Below are positions 36,953 to 50,493 of a stretch of 64,000 nt of DNA, one piece after another. The DNA lies in NCBI GenBank assembly GCA_977017645.1, contig OZ360226.1:31620001-31684000 (forward strand), in the 5' to 3' direction. Position 1 is the stretch's first letter. Each line of letters starts with the position of its first letter. The notes under the pieces were generated by a model. The model did not search any database. It was not told where the DNA came from and saw nothing but the letters and a program-made list of their open reading frames with translations. The stretch comes from Torpedo marmorata (taxonomy: Eukaryota). Both the position numbers and the translations under genes were made by a program.

Positions 36953-39900
36953 ACAATGGAGGGGGGTAACACTGGGGTACCAGTGTTTTTTCTAAGGGGA
37001 TCTTTCTTATTTCTATTTCTTTTTTCTATTTTATTTGAGGAGAGAATAAGTAGATTGCAATTTAGGAGGGGAACGCTAATGGACTTGATGGACAGAGAAA
37101 GGTTACAATTTGATTATGATGGACTCTAGAAGTATAAATTTAGTAAGTATTAATATAAATGGGCTTAATAATCCAATTAAGAGGAAAAGAACTTTGGCAT
37201 ACATTAAAAAGTTGAAAGTAGATATAGCTTTTTTACAAGAAACCCATTTAACAGAGGTTGAACATCAAAAATTAAAAAGGGATTGGGTTGGACATGTGGT
37301 AGCTTCTACATTTAATTCTAAAGCTAGAGGGGTAGCAATTTTAGTTAATTAAAAATTACCCTTTAAAATACAATCGGTAGTAATAGATGTGGCAGGTAGA
37401 TATGTTTTGGTATATTGTCAGATTTATTCAGAATTTTGGACTCTTATGAATTTATATGTTTCAAATCCAGATGATGAACAATTTATTCAAGATGTATTTT
37501 TACATTTATCAGATGCTAAGGAAAATATTTTAATTGGGGGGGATTTCAATTGTTGTTTAGATTCAATAATGGATAGAACTTCTAGATCGTCTTGTTAAAC
37601 CTAAAATAGTTAAAAGAATTATTAGTTTGATGAAAGATTTGAATTTAATAGATATTTGGAGGAAATTGAACCCTAGAGAAAAAGATTATTCTTTTTATTC
37701 TTTTAGACATGATTCATACTCTAGGATAGATTTGTTTTTAATATCTTCACAAATTCAAGATAGAATATCACAGGTATCATATAAAGCGAGAATAATTTCA
37801 GACCATTCACCTTTGTTAATGACATGTATAATTCCAGAAAAGGAGAAAACTATATTTAATTGGAGATTTGATTCTTCTTTATTGAAAAGGATAGATTTTT
37901 GTGAATATATGAGAAGGGAAATTCAGGAATTTTTGAGGATAAATGATCAATCAATTAATGATAAATTTATAATTTGGGAAACTTTAAAAGCTTATCTTAG
38001 AGGTTTGATAATAAGCTATTCGGCAAAAATTAAGAAAGATTATTTGAAGGAAGCAGAAAAATTAGAGAAGGAGATTGAGATTATGGAAAAAGATTTACAG
38101 AGAAATAAATCAATTCGTAAGAGAAATCGTCTAATGAGGAGGAAGTTACATTATAATTTATTACAAACTTATAAAACGGAAAAATTAATTGAGAGAATGA
38201 AACAAAGATATTATGAATTAGGGGAAAAAGCTCATAAGGTTTTAGCATGGCAATTGAAAAAATAACAAGTTTCTAAAACTATAAATGCTATAAGGAAAAA
38301 AAATACTGGTGAAATAACTTATAAACCCCAAGAAATAAATGAATCTTTTAAAGATTATTATCAGAATTTATATAGATCCCAGGTTGATCAGGATGATTTG
38401 AAAATTAATAGATTTTTATCTAGAATTACTTTACCTAAATTAAATATTCAGAATAAAAACTCTTTGGATTTACCTTTTACGATGAGAGAAGTTAACGAAG
38501 CTTTATCGACGTTGAATAGTGGTAAATCTCCTGGTGATGATGGATTTCCAGTAGAATTTTATAAGGAATTTAAAGATCTATTAATACCTCCATATATGGA
38601 GGTATTGAATCAAATTACGGAAACCCATTTATTACCAAAAACTTTTTTGAATGCTATTATTACAGTTATACCAAAGAAAGATAGAGATGTATTAAAAACT
38701 GAGTCATATAGACCTATTTGTTTATTAAATGTAGATTATAAAATTATGGCAAAAATTTTGGCTAATAGAATAGCTAAATATTTACCAAATTTGATACATC
38801 CAGATCAAGCTGGTTTTATTAAAAATAGATATTCAAAAGATAATTTAGCTAGATTAATAAGTTTAATTAATTTATATAAAAAGAAACAGGATTTACCACT
38901 GGTGGTAACGTTGGATGCAGAAAAGGCTTTTGATAGATTAGAATGGAATTTTTTATTTAAGGTGTTAGAGAAATTAGGTTTTGGGAATATTTTTATAAAT
39001 TGGATTAAAACTATATATAAAGAACCAACAGCTAAAGTCATTACAAATGGACAAATATCGTCAAAATTTCCTTTAACGCGTTCTACGAGACAGGGATGTC
39101 CTCTATCACCAGCTCTATTTGTTTTGGCAATAGAACCTTTAGCTGAATTGATTAGGACAGATCTTAATATAGTAGGGATTAAAGTAGGTATGGAAGAACA
39201 TAAGATTAGTCTGTTTGCAGATGATGTATTAATATATATGACGAAATCTATTACATCACTTCAACAATTAGCTATTATATTAACAGAATATGGTGAAGTA
39301 TCTGGGTATAAAATTAATTCAGATAAAAGTGAGATAATGGCTTTATCTCAAGGTGACTATACTAGGTGTAAAGAAGTTATGGAATTCAAGTGGGCAAAAG
39401 AAGGAATTAAATATTTGGGAATTAAAGTGGATACAAAATTAGAAAATTTATATAAATTAAATTATGTACCTTTATTTACGAAAATAAAGATTTGGAAAAT
39501 TGGAAAGATTTGCCTATAACTTTAATGGGGAGAGTAAATTGTATTAAGATGAATATTTTTCCAAGAATTCAATATCTTTTTCAATCAATTCCTTTTGGAA
39601 TTCCAATTTTTTTTTAAAAGATTTAAAGTTTATTATTAGGAAATTTTTATGGAAAGAGAAGTTAGCAAGAGTGAGTATAGATAAGTTAACATGGAATTAT
39701 GAGATGGGAGGATTGCAACTTCCTAATTTTCAATATTATTATAAAGCAGCTCAATTAAAATTTGTTAATGAATTTTTTGATTTAACTAAAAATTCTGCTT
39801 GGGTTAATATAGAATTAAATAATATAGGAGAAAATTATAAAGAGGATATTATTTATAAGTGGAATTCTAAATTATTATTAGTAAAAAAGAAAAATTCACC

Positions 39901-41167
39901 AATTATTAAACATTTGTTGGAAATTTGGACACAGGTAGATAAAGAAATAGGTGGGAAAGGATTAATTTCTTTAAATATGCCATTATATCAAAATCCACTT
40001 TTATTATTTACTATGAATAATCAGTTATTGAAAGCATGGTTTCAAAAAGGAATTAAGAATTTTAAAGATTGTTTTGAGGCTGGAAGATTTATTACGTTTC
40101 AAAGATTGAAGGAAAAATTTAATGTATTAGATAATACATGGTGAGCTTATTATCAAGTTAAAGCTTTTTTGACTGAGAAATTAGGAGAAGATTTGATTGC
40201 TCCAAGATATAATAAGTTAGAATTATTAATAACTAAAGCAAACGTTAATAAGTTTATTTCTCAAATGTATAAATTATTTCAGAGAAAAATGCCTAAAGTA
40301 GGATTACATAAATCAAGATTAAAATGGGAATTAGATTTAAATGTTAATATAGCTGAAAATCATTGGAAAGATTTATGTAAATTAAGTATGACTAAAGTTA
40401 TTAATGTTAGATATAGATTAGTACAATATAATTTTTTTCATCAACTGTATTTAACACCAAAAAAATTAAAGAAATTTAATCCGACATTGTCGGACTTGTG
40501 TTTTAGTTGTAAGAAGGAAGTAGGTTCTTTTGTTCATTCTACATGGTTATGTCCAAAGATTCAAGATTTTTGGTTGAAAGTTAAGAATTTTTTAGATAGA
40601 GTTTTTAATGTTATGTTTCCATTGAACCCTATGTTATTTTTATTTGGAGATATTAGAAAATTTAGTATTAGGAATAGACTGAATATGTATCAGGTAGAAT
40701 TTTTGAGAATTGTTTTAGCTGTCTCAAAACAATGTATTGCTATTACTTGGAAATCAGATTTAGATTTAAGTTTAGATAGGTGGCATGCAGAACTTCATTC
40801 GTGTATTCCTTTGGAAAAGATTACTTATAATTTACGTAATAAATATTATTCTTTTTTAAAAATTTGGAGCCCATATATGAGAGTTATGGGTTTAAGGATT
40901 TGAAATCTCTAGAAATCAGGTTTATTGGCGAGCTTAACCTCCAGAATAAAATTAGTTTTTAGATGGTTCTCTCCTCACTATTAATCTCTTTTTTTCTTTT
41001 TCTTTTTTTTTTTCTCTCTATTTTTAAAATAGTGGGGTTGAGGGGGTTAGGGAAGGGTGGGAGGGTGCGGGGGGAGGAAATTTATATCACTTGTATTTTG
41101 GAAACTATATATTTTGACCTATGTATTGTGTGATTTAAAAATTAAAAAAAACTATTTAAAAAAAAAT
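36953..41167 (+). mobile_element. L1-clade LINE with complete but disrupted ORF2, nested in host L1
   Basis: EN, RT and zinc-knuckle motifs over about 37118-40903 in several ORF pieces; TSD CAGCAGACAATGTA at 36939-36952 and 41168-41181. Confidence 0.92.
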
Positions 41168-43633
41168 CAGCAGACAATGTAGCAAGATTACTTAGCATTA
41201 TGTATTTAGCCCAAAAAAGGAAAGTACGAAGTGTAGCAGTGGCATTGGATGCAGAAAGAGCTTTTGATAGGTTGGAATGGGACTTTTTATTTAAAGTTTT
41301 GGGAAAATTTGGGTTTGGGAAGACTTATATAGATTGGATTAAAGCGTTATATAACGCTCCAAAAGCCAAAGTAGTGACAAATGGACAAATATCAATCCCC
41401 TTTTGTTTAACAAGATCTAGTCGGCAAGGGTGCCCATTGTCACCAGCTCTATTTGTATTAGCTATAGAACCGTTAGCAGAAGCGATTAGAAGTGATGTGG
41501 CAATTAAAGGATTTACAGTTGGTCAAGAGCAACATAAAATAAGTCTATTTGCGGATGATGTGTTAATATATTTGACAGAACCTGAGACTTCTTTGCAAAG
41601 GTTACATTTTAAATTGGAGGAATATGGAAAAGTTTCTGGATATAAGATAAATTGGGATAAAAGTGAAGATATGCCTCTTACAGAAGGAGACTACGCTGTA
41701 TGTAAAAGAATTACCCAGTTTAAATGGCCACATAATGGAATAAAATATCTAGGGGTTCGGACAGATAATAAACTAAAGAATTTATATAAATGGAACTATG
41801 TACCATTGCTTAATAAGATTAAGGAGGATCTAGAGAAATGGATTAATCTACCAATCACATTGATAGGAAGAGTTAATTGTATTAAAATGAATATATTTCC
41901 AAGGATACAGTATCTATATCAGACTATACCTATTTCATTACCACAGGTATTTTTTCAAGACTTAAATAAACAGGTGCGAAAATTTTTATGGAAAGGAAAA
42001 ATGTCAAGAGTATCGATGGAACGTTTAACATGGAAGTATGAAATGGGAGGTTTACAACTCCCTAATTTTAAGAACTATTATAGAGCGGCACAGATGCGTT
42101 TTATTGCTTCTTTTTTTAAAACTGAAGAAAGACCTGCGTGGGTTGGAATAGAACTTGGAGAAATAGGAGAGAAGACACCACAAGAATTTATATATAAATG
42201 GAATTCAAAACTGTTGACAGGTGTTAAAGAAACACCGTTATTAAAACATTTGATTAATGCTTGGAATAAGGTTAATGACGATATAGGATTGAAAGGAAGT
42301 ATATCACCTAAAGTGCCATTGATACAGAACAATTTGATACCATTTACAAAGGATAACCCTTTTTTAAATACATGGTCATTAAAAGGAATAAAGAAGATAG
42401 AAGATTGTTATGAAGGAAATCGAACGATGTCATTTATACAATTACAGAATAAATATGGAATACCTAGAAATACATTTTTTTGCTATCTTCAACTAATAGC
42501 TTATTTAAGAGAAAAATTAGGTCCAGATATGTTGCTACAAGATTGTAGTGAGGTAGAAACTATTATTAGGAAAGGAAATACTAAGAAATTTACTTCTATA
42601 GTATATTCTTTGTTACAGAGGGGAGCTTTAAAACGAGGACTTCATAAGTCTAGACAAAGATGGGAACAAGATCTTAATATTACAATTGATGAAAAAAGAT
42701 GGTCGGATCTATGTTTAGATAGTATGACTAATACTGTTAATGTAAGATATAGACTGGTACAGTACAACTTTTTACATCAATTATATCTCACACCACAAAA
42801 ATTGAACAAGATGAACTCTGCAATATCAAATAGATGTTTTAGATGTGGTGAAGAAGAAGGAACTTTTTTACATTCAACGTGGTCATGTTCAAAAGTTAAA
42901 GATTTTTGGACAGAGTTAGGAAATCGGTTAAAACAAATTATAGGTGTTACATTTCCTCAAAATCCTGACTTGTTCTTATTGGGAAATGTAGAAGGAGCTA
43001 GACCAAAATTGAAATTATCTATATGGCAATTAAAGTTTGTAAAAATTGCATTAGCAGTAGCTAGGAAATGTATAGCAGTAACTTGGAAATCGGATACAAA
43101 TTTGAGTATGAATAGGTGGAATTCAGAGATGCAGAGTTGTATCCCATTGGAAAAAATAACGTACAATATGAGGAATAAATATGGATTCTTTTTGCAAATT
43201 TGGCGTCCATTTATCCAATTATTAGGAATGAATATTTAAATGTGTTGCCCTACATCCCAGACCCTGCTGACTCTCTTAAGTTTAAATTTGAAGAATGAAC
43301 ATTGTTGAATTTCTTGCATCAAGCCATAGATCTGTACAGATATATTTTCACTTTTTCTTTTCCTTTCTCTATTCTTTGCTAGTTCTAGTATGGGGAGGGG
43401 ATAAGGGATGGGAAGGGTGGAGGGTGGGTTGTTTTAGTAAGGGTGGGTTTGGATGGGGTTAGATTCATGGTAATACGAAATTCCTTTGTATCGAACTTAA
43501 CCAATGTTTACTATGTATTTTATGTTATTTTGTATTATTGTGAAAAATTTGAAAATTTGAAAATAAAATATTTTTTTTTTAAAAACTACACCAGTCACAA
43601 AAGAACAACACAGAAATATTTTGCATTGGATAC

Positions 43634-43688
43634 CTTTATGCCTTGAACCCTCTGGTAATTTCTTCTCATCTTCTCCTGATTGAGAATC
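43634..43688 (-). CDS. LMO7: Probable LMO7 exon (DSQSGEDEKKLPEGSRHK)
   Basis: tttacag/gtatcc sites; phase 0-1; supported by splice sites and phase, not by a recognised motif. Confidence 0.6.
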
Positions 43689-44351
43689 CTGTAAATTGGC
43701 ATGAAGTATTTCCATTTAAGTTCATTAATTGCAAAAGTTAAACAAATAGAGTCTGATGAAATTATTTAATATTTGAGGGTCAAAGGGGCTGATGCAACAA
43801 GTTACATATTTCATTTACTATAAGCTTCATAGTGCACAGGCAATAACTTCATGATAAACGTTCACCAAGTGAGATGACCCTAGAGTTGTACACAATCAAA
43901 AAAATTGCATCCCTCATGTCTAACGAGATTTAATTGAAACACTAATCAGTCACTTCTTTTAAAATTAGAAGCAACCAAGATGATTTTATTTTCCATTTGT
44001 GATTCTGTCACTTGTTTTACACATGGCATCCTCTGCTGTGCTTGCTGCTAAAATTAAATATATCCCTGCTTTGAAAACAATTAGAATGTAGCTCAATAAA
44101 TCTTAATTAAGTGGAATATCATGGAGCATTTTGTTACTGTTACTTGGTCACTGAAATATTGTCAGCCTTGGTCCCTTGCACTATACTTGCAATATAATAT
44201 TGGTTCAGGCTGCACTTCAAAAAAATTGTTTCTGCACACTTCAGTGGATTTAATGTTTGCAAGCACAGCATGAAGTTGCCATGCCAGTAGTACAACTGAC
44301 AGAATATGGATTTTTAACTCAATATTACAGTGAAAAAACACAAAAAACAAA

Positions 44352-45470
44352 TGTCAGACTCCTATTTATTGATGACAGCTCTGGCTTCAACATCATAATT
44401 CCATATACAGTCATCCCTAAACTCCAAGGCGCAGGTATCAGCATTCCCCTCCGCAACTGGATCCTCAACTTCCTGACCTGCAAATCACAAGCAGTGATAA
44501 CATCTCCTCTACGATAATCCTTAACACCTCAGCCCCTTGCTATACTCCCTATACATCCATGATTGTGTGGCCAAATACTGCTCTAACTCCATCAACAAGT
44601 TTGCAGATGACACCACTGTCATACATTGGATCTCAAACAATGATGACACGCTGTACAGGAAGGAGATAGAGAATCTGGTGGTATGGTGTCAGGGCAACCA
44701 CCTCTCCCTCAATGTCAGCACAATGAAGGAGTTGATCATTGACTTCAGAAGATGGTGAGGAGCACATGCCCCTGTATATATCAATGAGGCCGAGGTGGAG
44801 AGCTGCAAGTTCTTAGTGTAAATATCACCAAAAACCTGTCACTGCTATCATCAAGAAAGTGCACCAACAAATCTACCTTCTCAGAAACCTAAGGAAATCT
44901 GACATGCCCCTGAGATCTCTTATCAATTTTTACTGATGCATCAGAGAAAGTATCCGGTGTGGATTCATCACAATCTAGTCCAGGAACTGCTCCACTCAAG
45001 AACATAAGAAACTGCAGCGAGTTGTGAACGCAGCTCAGGCCATCATGCAAGCCAGCTTCCTCTCTATCGACTCTGCCTCACCCTCCCGCTGCCTCAGGAG
45101 AGCTGCCAACATATTAAAAGATCCATCCAACCATCTCATACTCTTTCTCCACCCTTCTGTGGGGCAGAAGATACACGAGTTTGAAAACACAAACTCCCAT
45201 ATTCAAGAGCAGTTTCTTTTGTGCTATTATAAGACCCATAAAAGAATGTCTCTTTGGTGAACAATAATGCTCTTCATTGTTTCAACGATGCTTTTCTCTA
45301 TAACCTGCACTGTCTTTGTAATACCGGACATTGCGCTCTTTGACTTACTGTAACAGAACACCGTCTTTTCTTTTATTATTGCTATATTCAAGTGCGGGTT
45401 AACTTTCCTGGATAGCATGCATAACAAAGCTTTTCACTGTATCTTGGGACACATGACAATAAATAATTCA
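44352..45470 (+). mobile_element. Old Rex1 LINE 3' fragment
   Basis: VRLLFID-SS-FN, NWILNFL, LYSLYIHDC, KFADDTT, KELIIDFR; tail GACAATAAATAATTC. Confidence 0.85.
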
Positions 45471-45504
45471 TTTGAAATGCTGGAGACAAAATTATCCAAG
45501 AAGT

Positions 45505-45930
45505 GGAACATCAGAGGCTGAGGGGAGACCTGATTCTCCGTGAAACATCAGAGGCTGAGGGGAGACCTTACAGGAGTTCATAAAATTATGAAAAGCACAG
45601 ATCGGGGCAACAGCCCGAATCTTTATTCCCAGGGTAAAAATATCACATATTTGAGGACACGTGTTGAGGGGGAGAAAGTTTAAAGGGAAATGCAGGTTTT
45701 TTTGGTTTTTTTTTTACTTACAGAGTGGTAGGTGCCTGGAATGGGCTGCCAGGAGTAGTGGTGAAAGCAGATATAATAGTAGTGTTTCAGTGGGTTCCAG
45801 CCAGAACACATGAAAATGCAGGGAATAGAAGGATATGGATCATGTGCAAGCAGCAGAGTTTTAATTAAATTTGGGCATCATATTTGGCTCAGACATCATG
45901 GGTCAAAGAGCCTGCTTCTGTGCTGTTCCA
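45505..45930 (+). mobile_element. CR1 3' fragment with a 25-bp local duplication at its 5' edge
   Basis: RLRGDL-type sequence; AACATCAGAGGCTGAGGGGAGACCT at 45507 and 45544. Confidence 0.7.
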
Positions 45931-46609
45931 TGTTGACTATTAGCATTCGCCAACTAGGTTTCCTTTCTGATTCTGTTGTTTGTATGTTGGTTTTATATAG
46001 GTTTATTAACTTACTATCCCAAGGGGAATGGCAGCCAAGTAGCTTGTTTCAAGCCTCCAATTACATCAGAACAAGCAACACAGGGACCCTTTGTATGAAA
46101 TTTGAATCCTTCCACTGAGAGCCTCTCTGCATTAAGGCATTCAACATTTAGTGAGGCCTATCTTCTCTGAAGTTTGGAAGAGTGAAAGGTGACCTAACTA
46201 AAACTGATAAGATTCTGAAATGGCTCGACACAGTGGGTGTCAAGACACTGGTTGAAAAATCATCAACTTGCTTTGAGGATAAGCAGTTTAGGTCCAAGAT
46301 AAGGAGACGTTTCTTAACTTTGGAGGTGAAACTTGAAAATTCTTCACCACTTAGGGCTGTAAATGCTCGTAGTTGATTTTGTTCAAGATGGGCATCAGTG
46401 TCAATTAACCCACGAATCTGCCTGGCTTTAAGATGAGCAGGAGACCAGATCACCTGGAGGAAACCCACAGGGAGAACTGCAAACTGCACACAGATAATAC
46501 TGGAGACAAGGATTGTTAAAAAAGAAACCTCATTTGCCCTATACAGGCAAACTTAACACTCATTTCAATGCGCTTAATATAATCTAAAGCCACATTTATA
46601 ACCACCTAC

Positions 46610-46689
46610 ATCTGATAGTTGATTGAAGGGTTGACTCCTGCGGAACATCATGGGTTCATTGGAGATACTGTTTTTCATGTCACTTGTAC
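46610..46689 (-). CDS. LMO7: Probable LMO7 exon (TSDMKNSISNEPMMFRRSQPFNQLSD)
   Basis: tttacag/gtaggt sites; phase 1-0; with 43634..43688 it bridges the PDZ exon and the ASEPISLK exon in frame. Confidence 0.6.
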
Positions 46690-48690
46690 CTGTAAATATT
46701 ATTCCCAGAGAATCTCATTGGTTAGAATAAAAGATCTGTGAATTTTTCATGCACAAATCTAAATCAATATCCCTGCCTAAGTTACAGAGCAAAGAGACGA
46801 GCAACAAATGGAGAACCCTTAAAATGAAGTGAGCAGAACACACAGAAGTAAGGGACAGGTGAAATGCCTGCACAGGAAATGTAACCAAACAATTGTGTAT
46901 CAGGCACAGCTCAATAAATAGACCCCATTACATTTTCCAAACATTCATCCTCTACCTCATCAGAAAATTATGCACCTGGCCCAGTACTCTACCCTACCTT
47001 AGAAATATTTCACTTTCCTTCATCTTCAGGAAAGCCTAGAACTTGTAAGCAACAGCATTGTGGGAGTACCTTCACCAGAATGACTGCATTCATTCAAGGC
47101 TGCAGCTCCCAGGCAAAGGCATGAAGGAATGTGTCGTAAATATCTGCCATACCCCACATTCCAAGCTGGATTTAAAATTCCTAACACATTTAAATTGTTG
47201 ACTGGGGAGAGGAATTCACAGACCACTTTCTCCACATAACTTCAATTAAAAAAATTCAGCTGCTGCTGTGACAAGCTCCATTTTCTTAGTAACCTTCTAG
47301 TAAATTTAAACGAGAACAAAGGGGGGATAAAAGATAAAGGAAAATATGTAGGAGGAAAACATGAAAAAGAAATGACTTTGGAGAAAGCAAAGCGAAAAGG
47401 AAAGAGATTTGTCCAAGTATTGACTTATGTACCAATACATTACTTTTACGATATCTCTCAATATTCTCTGCAATCTATGACCTTTGAAGTGAGATAATCA
47501 CAAGATGTACCTTTTCAGTACAGTTATTTGTAAATGGCAAGTGTAAATAATATAACCAGAGTTAGCATGAAAACTTTGCACTACAGATAATTATAGTGTT
47601 CAAGCATAGCACAATTGAAAACTTCTATCACCAACCTGATTCCAACTACGAGACAACTTCTAAATATTGTTTTTCCTGAATAACTATGTCCCACGAGTGC
47701 TCAAAATGAAAACCATGTCATCACTTGTGATAGTCAAGGTGAATTATAATCGAGTTTTTAAAAAGGTGGGTGTAAATCACCAGGTCAGCAAAGAATAAAG
47801 GGAGTACAAAAATGGCTAGACATAGTAGGCAGGAGAAGATTCAGGTGGAGAATAAACAACACAGATCTGGTGGACAAAGTGGCTGTTCTTGTGTTGCAAA
47901 AGATATCCAATTTAAATATTTCAGTTTAGTGGGGCATGTTTTTGTTTAAACACATCCATTCATTGGATGTGTATGCCAGCAGATATTATCAATTTTTAAC
48001 CATTTCTTCAATTCAAAACTTAACTGCATTGATGGTTGAGATTCACACATTGGCCAGATCAGATCTCCTCCCTTTGCATTATAAGCAAGATGCCCACTTG
48101 ATCCAGATGCAATTAATGGAAGGACAGAGCATTTGTCACTGCACGACATTTGCATTGATGCTGATTATTATGGAAATAGTAATAAATGGATATTATTCAA
48201 AATAACTTTACAAATGAATTATAAACTAAGTCTACAATGCAATAATCTACAGGTCAACCTACTCTTACTTTTCCCCCCATATCTGGAAACTTATGTTGTT
48301 AGGTTACATAATCAGGAAGGGGGAGGGAAAGACTGTAAAACATGCATCACCTCTGCTCATCAAAACGGAAATGTAGAGTCTTTCCAAACACAGCATTACG
48401 AGTGGCATGCTACATCTAGGGACAGTTCTACTTTGAAAGGTAATACCAACTAAATACTCAACAAATATGGAAAATAATTGGTGCTGCCCGTGAATGCTAT
48501 CGTTGTCACCAATGATGTTGATTTGCCTCATTAACCATTGACCCATCACCTCAAGTATTAATAACAATGAATCTCGGAGAAGTCCCAGAGATTGGGGTTT
48601 TTTTTAAGCACTTCTGCACATTTATTCAGGACACACACACGCATCTGTTAGTTAGTGAAATGGAAAGAGGCAATAGATTTAAGCACTTAC

Positions 48691-48852
48691 TGATATCTTC
48701 ATATTTTCTGACTTGCATGTTCAACTTTCCAGTTTTTTTTGCATCTTCCAAAGCCCCTACCCAAGCATGATAGTCCATGTTGACTACATTATTGCCATTG
48801 ATTGAACTTATTTCATCCCCCACTTCCAACTGGCAATATTCTGCTGGTCCTC
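48691..48852 (-). CDS. LMO7: LMO7 exon, PDZ domain second half (GPAEYCQLEVGDEISSING...GKLNMQVRKY)
   Basis: gggtag/gtaagt sites; PDZ GxPA-L-VGDEI-ING pattern. Confidence 0.95.
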
Positions 48853-50493
48853 CTACCCAAAAATAACACAAAAAGATGCTATAAAAATTAAAAGTTGAAC
48901 ATTGTTCTTCATAAAACATGCAAAGTTACTGTCATTGGCTTACCTAAAGCAACAAATGCTTTTCATAGCTGACTGAAAAGCTGTAATTTATTGAAGCAGT
49001 TTGAGCAAATTTATTTGGCATCTTCAATTCCCTGACTTGCATCATTCAGCTTTCATAATTAATTCATGCAGTAGAGTTTCCAAAACTTGACATTAAACAT
49101 GTCTACAGAAATTCATCGAACCACCAAGTGACAAAGCACATGGAGCATGGGGGTGCCCCCATTGCAGGTTCCCTTCCAAGACACACATCATTCTCATTCA
49201 GAAACCGTTTGGAACACCTGAGAAGGTGTTGGAGGCAAGCGTTCTCACAACACTTCAGAACTCTCTGGATAAGCACTTGAATCACTAAAGCAATGTAGGC
49301 TATGGACCAAGTGCTGGTAAATGGGATTAGCATAGACAGGTACTTGATGGTCAGTGTGGACAACACGAGCCGAAGGACCTGTAAGACTCTCTGACTATGA
49401 CCTGCTCATGGACTACTCAACAATGTAGCACGGTCTGGAGGCTGTTTGGGCCCCCAGGACTAAAACATGTGTGGCTGTAAGAACAAAGTGGGTGGCGAGG
49501 GTGTGGGCAGGTCCAAGCCAAGAACAATAATGCCCCAACACCACCAAGGATGAACAAGGTTAACTAATTGTCTCATGGTTATGCTAGTTTTAGAATCCAT
49601 CGTTCAAAATCAATTCAGTTACCATTTGGTGATGCATGAGAATCGTTAATCACAGTCATCATGGGTGCGTGAAAAGCAAGTCAAATTGTTCAAGTAACAC
49701 TGGAGCAAAAGGACAGACATGATATTCCTACTCCTTTAGTAGGCAGTTGCTTAACAGATGAATGCAATAGGTGAGCTTCTACCAGCCTCCTTTATTCGGG
49801 CGACTTAAAGAAGGCAAGTTACAAATGTTCCGGCAAGATGTTATGTGGTAACTCAGGAAGAAAGTTGGTTGAAAGGAAAGAAAATATCCAAGAGTAAAAT
49901 ATTGCAGGTACTGGAAATTTAAAATCTAAAAAGAAAGTGATGTAAGTACTCAGTAGGTCAAGCAGTATCTGTGGAGAGAGAAAATTAGCTAATGTTTTAA
50001 CTGATGACCTTTCATCAGAACTGTTCTAATGAAAGATCACTGATCTGAAACACTAGTCCGGTTTCTCTAGCTGCAGATATTGTCTGGCCTGCATTATCTG
50101 CTTCATTGAGGAGATAATATATTGTGGTTAACGGATGTAATATGTATCAATGTAAGATAATAGCGCCACTTGAACATCAGGAGTATGTTGATCAACTTTG
50201 CTAAAAAGCACAAAACATTTACAAACAGAAAAGGAAGCTCTTTGACTGAAAAAAGATAAGAAAATGTAACTTAGTAGAAATGACTGGGTGCCTAATTCAG
50301 GTACACCAAGATGGATGGATTAAGGATAGAAACACTTATTCAAGGAAATGCTGTCAGGAGATTTAAATTGTTCAAATATAAAGTTGTTTAATATGCATGT
50401 TATTTGGATTGAATCCTAAATATGCAAAATAGAATTAGTACTTTTATAAAATAAAGACATTACGGCTGAGAAAGGTAATGAAAATATTGAAGT

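Larger units (their letters stand above)
33241..43580 (+). mobile_element. Host L1-clade LINE (full ORF2 in three pieces), carrying two nested L1s
   Basis: EN (FLQETH, GDFN, SDH) 33458-34216; linker/RT 35992-36952; RT/C-terminus 41182-43239; 16-bp TSD AAAAACT(G/A)CACCAGTC at 33225-33240 and 43581-43596. Confidence 0.92.

Noticed and set aside
35984-37129. 381-aa ORF with hydrophobic tail as a novel RT-membrane fusion
   Set aside because: The tail is read-through from host L1 into the non-coding 5' part of the nested L1 after the TSD
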